Assembly (NCBI GenBank): GCA_034429745.1
Contig: DAOUFY010000090.1
Location: forward strand, 3,693 to 67,692
Length of the DNA: 64,000 nt
Direction of reading: 5' to 3'
Source of the DNA: Anaerolineales bacterium
GTDB lineage: Bacteria > Chloroflexota > Anaerolineae > Anaerolineales > DRKV01
Shown here: piece after piece, positions 18,644 through 28,400 of the stretch
How the letters are laid out: each line of letters begins with the position of its first letter
How positions within the stretch are numbered: position 1 is the first letter of the stretch
Made by a program: the position numbers and the translations under genes
Notes under the pieces: generated by a model
The model's input: the letters and a program-made list of their open reading frames with translations, nothing else
Database searches by the model: none
Told to the model about the DNA's origin: nothing

Positions 18644-20593
18644 ATGATAGTTTTAATTCAGCCGTCAGAGCCATTCGGCAAGATGGCAGAGGTGCCTGTA
18701 TCTATTATTGGCATTGCGGCAGTGCTGAAGCAAGCAGGTTATATGGTGAGAATCTTGGATGCGCGCTTGGATGATTTAAGTATCATGCAAGTGATGCGCA
18801 AGTTTAAACAAGATCCGCCTCAGGTAGTGGGGATTACTGGATTAAATAACGCTTATCGTTTTATCAAAGATTTTTGTTTTGAGTTTAAGCGAGTGTTTCC
18901 ACACACACCTTTGATTGCTGGTGGGCAATTCATCCAAACTCAACCCGAACTGCTTTTGCAGCGTTTGCCCATTGATGCGGCTTGTATTGGGGAAGGAGAG
19001 GAGATCGTCGTTGAATTGGTGGAAAAATTATTAACTGGTGAAGACTTGTCCGCAGTACCAAATATTGCGTATAAAAAAGGTGATCAGATAATCAAAACTC
19101 CTCTCAAGCTTATTGAAGACTTTGACGCACTGCCCCTTCCGGCTTATGATCTTATAGATGTTGAGCGTTATATCAATGAATACCGTGTGCCTTCATATTG
19201 GTATAAGAATTATTTTCCTATCACTACTGGCAGAGGATGTGTGCACCATTGTTATTTCTGTGGGCGTCCTTTTTCTAAAGTTCGCCGCCAATCACCTCAA
19301 CGTTTATTAGAACATATGGATTTTCTCCACCACACTTACGGCATTGATGCCTTTCTTTTTTCAGAGGATAGTGCCTTATACCCTAAAGAATGGATCCTTC
19401 AAGTGCTCAATCTGTTAATCGAACGAGGAAGCCCTTATTATCTAAATCTTTGCGGTTGTCCAGAACAAATAACTGAAGATATTGTTTCTCTTTTTGAGAA
19501 AGCTAAGGTGATGAACAGCGCGATTGCTGTAGAACATTGGGACCCGTTAATCCAAAAGAAATTTTTTAGAATCGGTCAAAGCAAGTATTTAATAAGAGCT
19601 TTTGAGCTCTTCAAAAAATATCGGGTGCGAAATGATGGTTTTGCTTTGTTATGGGGCCACCCTGAAGATAACTTGACAACATATCGAGAAGCTTATAAAA
19701 AAGCGATAGAAATTGCTGAACAATATCAAGTGCCTCACGTATGGCTGACAAGTTTGGTTATCTACCCAAACAGCAAATTGCAGGAGGATGCACTGAAAAT
19801 GGGGCGCATCCTTGATTATGAGTCTTACATGTATGCTTTAGGTGGATATGCCCCGCATGTTAATCTAACCGAGGAGGATGATGATTGTTACCGCGGCTTT
19901 TTCGTGGAACAAACTCTCTTAAATGAGATTCAATTGGTGTTAGAGGGACTAAATACCTTGCATGTTGACAATCAACCATTTCCTATAGAGCATGTTAACG
20001 ATTACCGAGCCCATCTAACTTCGTTAATCGAACAATTATTGGTGTTACGAGCACTTCTTTCTATGCCTAAAGAGGAACGTGAACAATACCGCTCTCTATT
20101 GGAGCAAATTCTTGGAGTTCCTATGTATGATCCGCATAAAAATTATTACCACGAAATTGGCTGTTTTAAAGAAGTTTTAGCTCTCAAGCCCGGTTGGCGG
20201 ATTGCGGCTTATGGTACATCCTCATTTAGCGATCGGAATCTTATTCGCCTTTTTAACAGTGTACGAGAATCAAAAGTAACTTTTGTGGGATTTGTTGATT
20301 TAAGTGCAACAGCTGAAGCTTATGAAGATCATCCTCTGGTGGCTCTGGCGAATTTGGATAAACTAAAACCTCAAGTGCTGTTGCTGCCCATGGGACGCGA
20401 AGATAGTGCTGCGGTTGCAAAACTGATGGATGCCCGCTGGGAAAAAGTATTTGTTGTTCCAATCAGTGAGCAAAGCCTACAAGAAAAACCATGGTTTGTG
20501 AAAGCTGCCAATAGCGCTTACTATAACCCAAAGTTATATCAGATAATGTTAGAGAATGGTAAATTTGTACGCAGAGTTGTTTATCCTTACTGA
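18644..20593 (+). CDS. B12-binding-domain radical SAM enzyme (class B radical SAM, likely methyltransferase-type)
   Basis: The N-terminal part is cobalamin-binding-like (IVLIQPSEP...VGITG). The CxxxCxxC cluster CVHHCYFC lies at nt 19238-19261. ATG 18644 sits 5 nt after the upstream stop, and the ORF track start at 18590 overlaps that gene. Confidence 0.8.
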   Translation: MIVLIQPSEPFGKMAEVPVSIIGIAAVLKQAGYMVRILDARLDDLSIMQVMRKFKQDPPQVVGITGLNNAYRFIKDFCFEFKRVFPHTPLIAGGQFIQTQPELLLQRLPIDAACIGEGEEIVVELVEKLLTGEDLSAVPNIAYKKGDQIIKTPLKLIEDFDALPLPAYDLIDVERYINEYRVPSYWYKNYFPITTGRGCVHHCYFCGRPFSKVRRQSPQRLLEHMDFLHHTYGIDAFLFSEDSALYPKEWILQVLNLLIERGSPYYLNLCGCPEQITEDIVSLFEKAKVMNSAIAVEHWDPLIQKKFFRIGQSKYLIRAFELFKKYRVRNDGFALLWGHPEDNLTTYREAYKKAIEIAEQYQVPHVWLTSLVIYPNSKLQEDALKMGRILDYESYMYALGGYAPHVNLTEEDDDCYRGFFVEQTLLNEIQLVLEGLNTLHVDNQPFPIEHVNDYRAHLTSLIEQLLVLRALLSMPKEEREQYRSLLEQILGVPMYDPHKNYYHEIGCFKEVLALKPGWRIAAYGTSSFSDRNLIRLFNSVRESKVTFVGFVDLSATAEAYEDHPLVALANLDKLKPQVLLLPMGREDSAAVAKLMDARWEKVFVVPISEQSLQEKPWFVKAANSAYYNPKLYQIMLENGKFVRRVVYPY

Positions 20594-20602
20594 AAGATTT
20601 GT

Positions 20603-21421
20603 ATGGTGTATGCTTTGCTATGCGCTATAATGAAAGACGAGCACCCTGAATACGTTCAGGAATGGATTGATTATCATTTGGCTATTGGTTTTGATGCCAT
20701 TCTCATTTACGATAATGGGAGTTTGCCGCCTATCTCAGATTGCATTCCTCATCATCCAGCGGTAAATATTATTCCAGCACCAGGGTTAAAAATGCAAATA
20801 CCAGCTTATAATCACTGCCTAAAGCATGCCAAAGAGAACCATTGGGCGCGATGGATTGGTTTTATTGATGCGGATGAGTTCCTGGTACCAATGCAGAAGA
20901 ATGATATTCGAGAAGTGCTGGAAGAATACGAGGCGTTTGGTGGTTTGAGTGCAAATTGGGCAGTGTTTGGGCCTAATGGACATCGTCAGCGACCTGCTAT
21001 ACCTCAGTTATATGCTTATACTAAGCGTTTTGATCCACATGCTGAGTTTGCAGAAGTTAGACGGTGGTGTGGTCATGTGAAGTGTATTGTTAATCCACGT
21101 TTAGTAAAAGCAGCAATAAATGCACATTCTTTTGAATTTGAAGACAATAAATTTTGTGTTGATGAACATTTTCATCCAATTCATAAGCCTATTAGGGAAG
21201 AAATAACATATGACGTGCTGCGCGTTAATCATTACTGGACGCGGTCTCTTGAAGATCTTAAGGAAAAAATGATGAAAACGCGGGCTGATAGTGGTGTTCT
21301 TCGGAATAGTTCCGCAATAGAAGAGTATGAACGATTCATGGAGCTTTGTACTGTTGACGATAACAAAATAATTGAGGTATGGGAGCAAGTTAAACCGCGA
21401 CTTAACAAGGAAAGAATATGA
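20603..21421 (+). CDS. Glycosyltransferase family 92 / GT2-like (DUF23-type) protein
   Basis: AIMKDEHPEYVQEWIDYHLAIGFDAILIYDN and the DxD-like FIDADEF are typical of this GT-A family. Confidence 0.6.
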   Translation: MVYALLCAIMKDEHPEYVQEWIDYHLAIGFDAILIYDNGSLPPISDCIPHHPAVNIIPAPGLKMQIPAYNHCLKHAKENHWARWIGFIDADEFLVPMQKNDIREVLEEYEAFGGLSANWAVFGPNGHRQRPAIPQLYAYTKRFDPHAEFAEVRRWCGHVKCIVNPRLVKAAINAHSFEFEDNKFCVDEHFHPIHKPIREEITYDVLRVNHYWTRSLEDLKEKMMKTRADSGVLRNSSAIEEYERFMELCTVDDNKIIEVWEQVKPRLNKERI

Positions 21422-22437
21422 AAAGAATGCAAGATGTACTAGAAATATTCCGCTCCAAAAAAGTTTTAATTACCGGTGGGCTTGGTTTTATTGGATCCAA
21501 TTTAGCCATCCGCTTAGCATCTGTGGGTGCTCAGCTGACTTTGGTGGATAGCCTGATCCCAGAATATGGGGGAAATTTGTTTAACATTGAGCCCATTAAG
21601 CATGTGGTGCGTGTGAATATTTCGGATGTACGAGATGAACATGCAATGAAATACTTGGTTCAAGGGCAAGATGTTTTGTTCAATTTAGCGGGGCAAACTA
21701 GTCATCTTGATTCTATGCAGAACCCATATCCGGATTTGGAAATCAACGCGCGGGCTCAGCTTTCAATTTTAGAGGCATGCCGGCGATATAACCCGCAAAT
21801 AAAAATCATTTTTGCTGGAACTCGTCAGGTATATGGGAAACCTCAATATTTGCCAGTGGATGAACGGCATCCTGTTGCGCCGGTAGATGTGAATGGCATC
21901 AACAAACTAGCCGGAGAATGGTACCATCTTGTTTATCATAAGGTATATGGCATTCGTTCAAGTGTGCTGCGGCTGACCAATACTTATGGACCGCGCATGC
22001 GCGTTAAAGATGCCCGCCAAACATTTTTAGGAATATGGATACGCCGTCTCATTGAAGGGAAACCACTGCTTGTTTTCGGAGAAGGCAAGCAAGTACGCGA
22101 TTTTAACTATGTAGATGATGTCATTGATGCTTTGCTTTTGGCTGCTGTTTCCGACGAAGCAGATGGTGAAATTTTCAACTTAGGCTCAGATGATCCGATA
22201 AATTTATTAGACACTGCTCATTTGCTTGTTCAGGTTTTTGGCGGGGGGAGCGTCGAAATAGTGCCTTTTCCTGAGGATAGAAAGGCAATTGATATTGGTG
22301 ATTACTATGGGGACTATCGCAAACTGCGTGCGCGTTTAGGGTGGAAGCCAGTTACATCGCTTGAAGAAGGCTTAGCTCAAACATGCGCCTATTATAAAAG
22401 GTTTCATCAATTTTACTGGGATAAGGAAGAAGAATAA
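21418..22437 (+). CDS. NAD-dependent epimerase/dehydratase family protein (extended SDR) with an atypical active-site segment
   Basis: It has a Rossmann motif (ITGGLGFIGSNL) and RLTNTYGP. NGINK (nt 21892-21906) appears where YxxxK is expected. It overlaps the upstream gene by ATGA. Confidence 0.75.
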   Translation: MKRMQDVLEIFRSKKVLITGGLGFIGSNLAIRLASVGAQLTLVDSLIPEYGGNLFNIEPIKHVVRVNISDVRDEHAMKYLVQGQDVLFNLAGQTSHLDSMQNPYPDLEINARAQLSILEACRRYNPQIKIIFAGTRQVYGKPQYLPVDERHPVAPVDVNGINKLAGEWYHLVYHKVYGIRSSVLRLTNTYGPRMRVKDARQTFLGIWIRRLIEGKPLLVFGEGKQVRDFNYVDDVIDALLLAAVSDEADGEIFNLGSDDPINLLDTAHLLVQVFGGGSVEIVPFPEDRKAIDIGDYYGDYRKLRARLGWKPVTSLEEGLAQTCAYYKRFHQFYWDKEEE

Positions 22438-25400
22438 TGAAAAAGTATTATTGTACTTATTTCGATCGCAATTATGTGTATAAAGCATTAGCGCTGATCG
22501 ATTCGCTTAGACAACATGAAGAAGACGATTTTGAGTTTTTTGCGATATGTATGGATGAAATTAGCCGTTTGATTTTGGAAAAATTGGCTCTTCCTCATGT
22601 TATTCCTATCCCATTCCACATGATTGAAGAACGAGATGATGCTTTACTTGCAACAAAGAAAGATCGCACGCTCGTTGAGTATTATTGGACAACTACGCCA
22701 ATTAACATTCTATGGCTGCTAGAAAATTACCCTCACATAGATGTATTAACGTATCTTGATGCAGATTTGTATTTTTATTCTTCGCCTGCACCAATATTTG
22801 AGGAATTAGGCGATCAATCCATTCTAATCCACGAGCACAGGTTTTCTCCTAGCATGGCTTATTTAGCCGCAAATAATGGGCGGTACAATGTGGGTTTGCT
22901 TTGTTTTCGCAATGATGAGGTCGGTCTGAAGGCTTTACGCTGGTGGCGCGAGAGAACCATTGAATGGTGCTACTTGCGCTGGGAAGATGGCAAAATGGGT
23001 GACCAAATGTATTTGAATGACTGGCAAACCCGCTTTGAACGAGTGGTTGTATTGCAGCATATTGGTGCTGGCGTAGCTCCTTGGAATCACGATCAATACC
23101 ATTTGAAGGTTGATGGACAACAAAATATTTGGGTAAATGATGTTCCGTTGGTTTTTTTTCATTTTCACTCGTTGACCTTTGTCAGTCCTGGGCTTGTTGT
23201 TGTTGCTCATCCTCATTACCCCATGAACGAAGAAGTATTGCGTTATTGTTATTTCCCTTATATCAAGAAAATATTATCTTTTATCCCTTGTGTGCAGGAG
23301 TTAATACCTGATTTTAACTATGGACTATATACTCAAGATATGTCCTTAAAGGACCGCACATTTTTTGCGCGTTCGCATCTGGCATTAAAGCTTAAACAGG
23401 CCGGCTGTCTGATTTCGCCCTTTTCAATTGATGATGAATGGGATGTTTATCTTGCTCCTCAAGAGCAACAAGTCTTAGATAAGCTTCCTACAGACTCCAT
23501 CCAGAAAGCCCAATCTCAGGAAGATTTGATGCTCTGGCACCCTCAACGAGTGGTGGTTACCCCTAATGATTTACTATTAACCCTGCGAGAACGCGAGATT
23601 CGTTTCTCTATTCGAGTGCTTTATGTGGTAGGTGCTTTTCTGTTTGAAGAACGCGAACTGCTTTTTGAACTATTCCCAAATTTAGAAAAAGTGGTTCTCT
23701 TTGAACCTGTACCAGAAGTATATCAGCAATTACTAATCATTACCAAAAACGACCCGCGAATTGTGGTTTTTCCTTATGCGATCGGTGATACAGATGAACG
23801 GCGGGATTTTTATATCACCAATAATTATCAATCCAGTTCTATTTTGCCATTGGGCAAGCATAGGGAACTGTTCCCACAAGTTGAACATACTCGTACAGTA
23901 ACTGTAGAATGTTACCGTTTAGATAGTGTTATACAGCTTCATCACCTGCCATTGCCAGATATGCTTTTTCTGGATGTTCAAGGAGCTGAATATCAAGTGT
24001 TGGCAGCGCTATCGTCAACATTGCGTCAGCGAATACGTTTGATTTATACTGAAGTGAGTACAGAACCTCTCTATCAAGGTTCAAAACCTTTAGCGGAAGT
24101 TACAGAACTGTTACGCTCCGATTTTCTATTTTTAGGGTATGCTCCAACCCGTCAAGAATTACCTGTCCATGGCAATGCTGTTTATGTTAATCACCGATGT
24201 TTGGAAGAAGTAAAAAGTAAACCGTTGGCTATGGGAGGTGAGGCTAATTATCGTGTCTCTGTTATTGTTTCTGCATATAAATCGGAAGCATTCATGCGCG
24301 AATGTTTGACAGATTTAGTCAACCAAACCATTGCAAATCAATCGGAAATTATTATTGTGGATGCTAATTCACCAGAAAATGAGCGCGCTATTGTAGAGGA
24401 GTTCCAACGTCAATACAAGCAGATCACCTATATCCGTACTGGAGAGAGGATTGGGGTATATGCGGCTTGGAATTTGGCAATAAAGATAGCAAAAGGAAAA
24501 TATATCACGCCATTTAGCACAAATGACCGCTTGCGGAAAGATGCGCATGAGATTTTAGCAAAAGCTTTAGATGAAAACCCACAGGTGATGTTAGTTTATG
24601 GCGATACTTATATGACTGCCATTCCCCATGAAACCTTTGAAAAACACACTCGTATCAGTTCCATGATTTGGCCGCCCTATTCATATGAAGATTTGCTCAT
24701 GAACAACCGTGTGGGACCGCACCCCATGTGGCGTAAAAGTGTACATCAGGAAGTAGGATACTTTGATGAAACTTTTTATGCAATAGGTGATCAAGAATTT
24801 TGGCTGCGGATAGGGGAGCACTTTCCCTTGCTGCATATTCCTGTGTTCACCGGCTTATATTGGACAACGCCGGAAGCTCTTTCGAATAGAGAGGAATATG
24901 CAAAATCAGAATTTATCAAAGCTCGCCAACCATATCAAGCGCGGTATCGAAGTGAGCGCTTAGATCGTTGGCGCAGCGCAGAGGAGAAATTATCTCAAGC
25001 AGCAGCAGCCATTGAACGAAATCATTTGTTAAGAGCTGAAGAGTTGTTGAAAGAAGCAGCAAGTATTGCGCCGGATAATTCGAATGTATTATCTGCGGTA
25101 GGACGTTGGTATTTGGCAATTCAAAAGCCTGATGAAGCAATTTCTTGGTTGAATAAAGCTATTCAGTACGGTCCAGCACGCTGGAATGATCATTTACATC
25201 TGATTGAAGCTCTGATAGCTGTTGGAAATCTTCAAGAAGCTGCCAAAGAAGTCAGTTGGTTAAGAACTTACATACCAATATTTGATGAAGTCAAAAAATT
25301 TGAACATCTTTTATTGAGTATGGGAGTTGAAGTTATGCCAGATCGTGAAATGCCTTATGGAAAACTTGAATCTCAAAGTGAAAAAGAAGAACTTCAAGAA

Positions 25401-28400
25401 AGAGCAAAACAGACATTGCAAAGATTGTTAGAAGCGGAGGATATTCTCCAGGCGTTGGATGAGCACGAGGAGCTGCTGGATGAAGAACTATTGGCTTTAG
25501 TGCGGCGAGATGCAGAAACTGCGCGTCTATCAGGAGAGGGTGATTTAGCCGAAGGATTGGAAGCTCTTGCCGAGACAATTGAAGAACGGCTTAAAGCAAA
25601 GCCTCAAGTTGAGGTGCAAACGCAGCCGAATCAGGGACAAATGCAACCAAAACAGAGAGAGCAGGCGGCAGAGACCCTGCGTCGGCTTTTGGATGCGGAG
25701 GATATTCTGCAGGCGTTGGATGAGCACGAGGAGCTGCTGGATGAGGAACTTCTGGCTTTAGTGCGGCGGGATGCAGAAACTGCGCGTCTATCAGGAGAGG
25801 ATGATTTAGCCGAAGGATTGGAAGCTCTTGCCGAGACAATTGAAGAGCGGCTTAAAGAAAAACTGCAAGTCAAAGTGCAAACGCGGGCAGAAAGGAAGGA
25901 ACCAGCAGCAGAGACACTGCGTCGGCTTTTAGAAGCGGAGGATATTCTGCAGGCGTTGGATGAGTATGAGGAGCTGCTGGATGAGGAACTGCTGGCTTTA
26001 GTGCGGCGGGATGCAGAAGCGGCGCGTCAAGCCGGAGAGGATGATTTAGCCGAAGGATTGGAAGCTTTAGCTGAGACAATTGAAGAACGGTTAAAGAATA
26101 AAATTCCTTCCCAATCAGTATATAACAAATCTTCTTCAACAGGGCAAAACTCACAAATAAAGCATCAACAAAGACAAGCCGGGGAATACATTCCAGCACA
26201 AAACGGCATCCCCGCGGGGTATGTAAAGCAGCGAGCTGTTATTAAGGATGCACTCGTTGATATTGTTATACCGATTTACGGGCAGGGGGAATTATTAAGA
26301 CTTTGTGTAGAGTCGGTGCTTGCAACTACGAAGGATGTGCATTTGATATTAGTTGATGATTGCTCACCTTTGGGAGCTATTGAGGCGATCTTCAATTTGT
26401 GGGAAGGACATCCTCAAATAACCCTTGCCCGAACTGAAGAAAATCAAGGGTTTATCGGCACAACGTGCTTGGGCGCGACATTGGGCAAGGCACCTTATAT
26501 CCTTTTCCTTAACTCAGATACTGAAGCGATCCAAAAAGGTTGGCTTGAAGCATTGCTGCCGCAGGAAGACGACATTGCAATAAGTGGAGCAAAATTGCTT
26601 TACCCTCCTTATACTTCCCCCTACAAAGCTTTTAGAATACAACATGCAGGTGTTGCCCGTAAGGATGATCTGATGCCCTATCATATATTCCATGGTTTAG
26701 AAAGAGATCATCCTAGCGCTAATGTAGCGAGAGATGTTAATGCTGTTACGGGGGCTTGTTTTTTAGTCAGACGATCAATATGGGAAAAACTACATGGTTG
26801 GGATAGAAACTTTGGACGAGGCGTTTATGAAGATGTAGATTTTTGTTGGCAGGTACGTGAACTCGGTTACCGTGTGCGTTATGAACCCAAAGCAGAATTG
26901 TTCCATGCTTCAAGTGCAAGCGAATTCATTTTTAACGAACATTTGCTTTACAATAAAAAGGAAGAGAATCTAAACTATTTACAAAGCAAATGGAAGTACT
27001 TGGAAAGAGATGAGGAGCTCTTTTGGGAAAAGGAAGTGATTGAGCGCTGGAAGAAAGGTAGGAAAGCGCTGAAGAGGGGGGAAGTTTTTAAAGCCCGCGG
27101 TGAATATAAAGAAGCATTCAAAGAAATAAGAAACGCTTATAGAATTGCAGCGGATGATCCTCAGATAGCTTTTGCTTATGGAACGTTGCTGCTAATCAGA
27201 GAAAAATTTTTAGAAGCTGTGGAGATATTTGAAAAAGTTAAGGAGTCACTTCCTTTATCTTCTGAGACTCATTTTAGTTTGTTGGCTGCATATCTTGGGA
27301 CGAAAAATTTATCAAAAGCAGAGGAAGAATATTTGCTAGTTGCTGAACTCTTCCCATATCATCCTCAGATAGAGGAAATAAAAGAAAAGATTGAAGAGTT
27401 GAAAAAAAGTGCTGGGTATTCCTCTGAGAAAGGTAGTATTGTAGGTGGGCATACGAAAGAAGCAGTTGGCATTGTGCTTAAGCAAGCAAAACCTGGTTCA
27501 TATAAAGTGGATATTATTATTCCCATTTATGGACAGGTTAAGTTAACTTATGATTGTCTGATTTCTGTGTTGGAAACAACACAAGATGTTCATGTTATTA
27601 TGGTGGATGATTGTTCGCCAGGCAAAGAAATTGAAGATCTTTTTGCTCGGATAGATACTCCAAATGTTACTCTTGCGCGTACCATAAAAAATATGGGTTT
27701 CTTGGGTACAAGTAAGTTTGGAGCTAGTTTAGGCAAATCACCTTTTATTCTTCACTTGAATTCCGATATTGTTGCTATCCAAAGCGGCTGGCTGGAGCAC
27801 CTGTTACCTAAATCCGAAGATGTGGCAGTGTGCGGTGCAAAGTTGTTGTACCCCCCCAAATCGCCGCGCTTGCTAGCAAATCGCATTCAGCATGCTGGTG
27901 TATGTATGCGCGATGAGGTTGATTGTTTGCGAATTTTTCACCCCTACCAAGGATATGAGGCAGATTTTCCGGCGGCTAATGTACCACGTTATGTTAACGC
28001 AGTTACAGGGGGGTGCTTGTTGACTCGCCGCACTGTTTGGGAAGAATTGGGAGGCTGGGATGAACACTTGGGGCGCGGCGTATTTGAAGATGTGGATTAC
28101 TGCTGGCGGGTGCGCAAGCGCGGTTACCGTATTGCATATGTACCGCAAGCGGTTCTTTACCATTACGAAAGTCAAAGCGTTTCAGAAAATGGTGAGCATT
28201 CTTTGCATAAGTACAGTACACAAAATTTGAATTACCTCTTATCTCGATATGGCAGAGAACAATGTGACGAGGAGCTTTATTTTGAAAGCGAATTGATAAA
28301 GCGCTGGATGAAAGGAAGACACCTTGCTGCTGATGCTAGAAAGGCTTTTCTAAAAGGAGATTCGAAAACAGCCCATTCCTTATTCACCCAAGCCTTAAAG

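Noticed and set aside
25410-26096. A possible CRISPR array or non-coding satellite.
   Set aside because: The units are 240-258 nt apart, are in frame, and translate into a coherent acidic helical peptide within a long ORF. There is no short repeat/spacer organisation.
25333-26199. A family of similar minus-strand ORFs (81, 82, 80 and 109 aa, for example MSRQELPILRLNHPLLIDAQFLH...) and plus-strand ORF 25567-25761.
   Set aside because: They are antisense or off-frame shadows of the triple tandem repeat inside the 2076-aa CDS. Their mutual similarity simply reflects that repeat.
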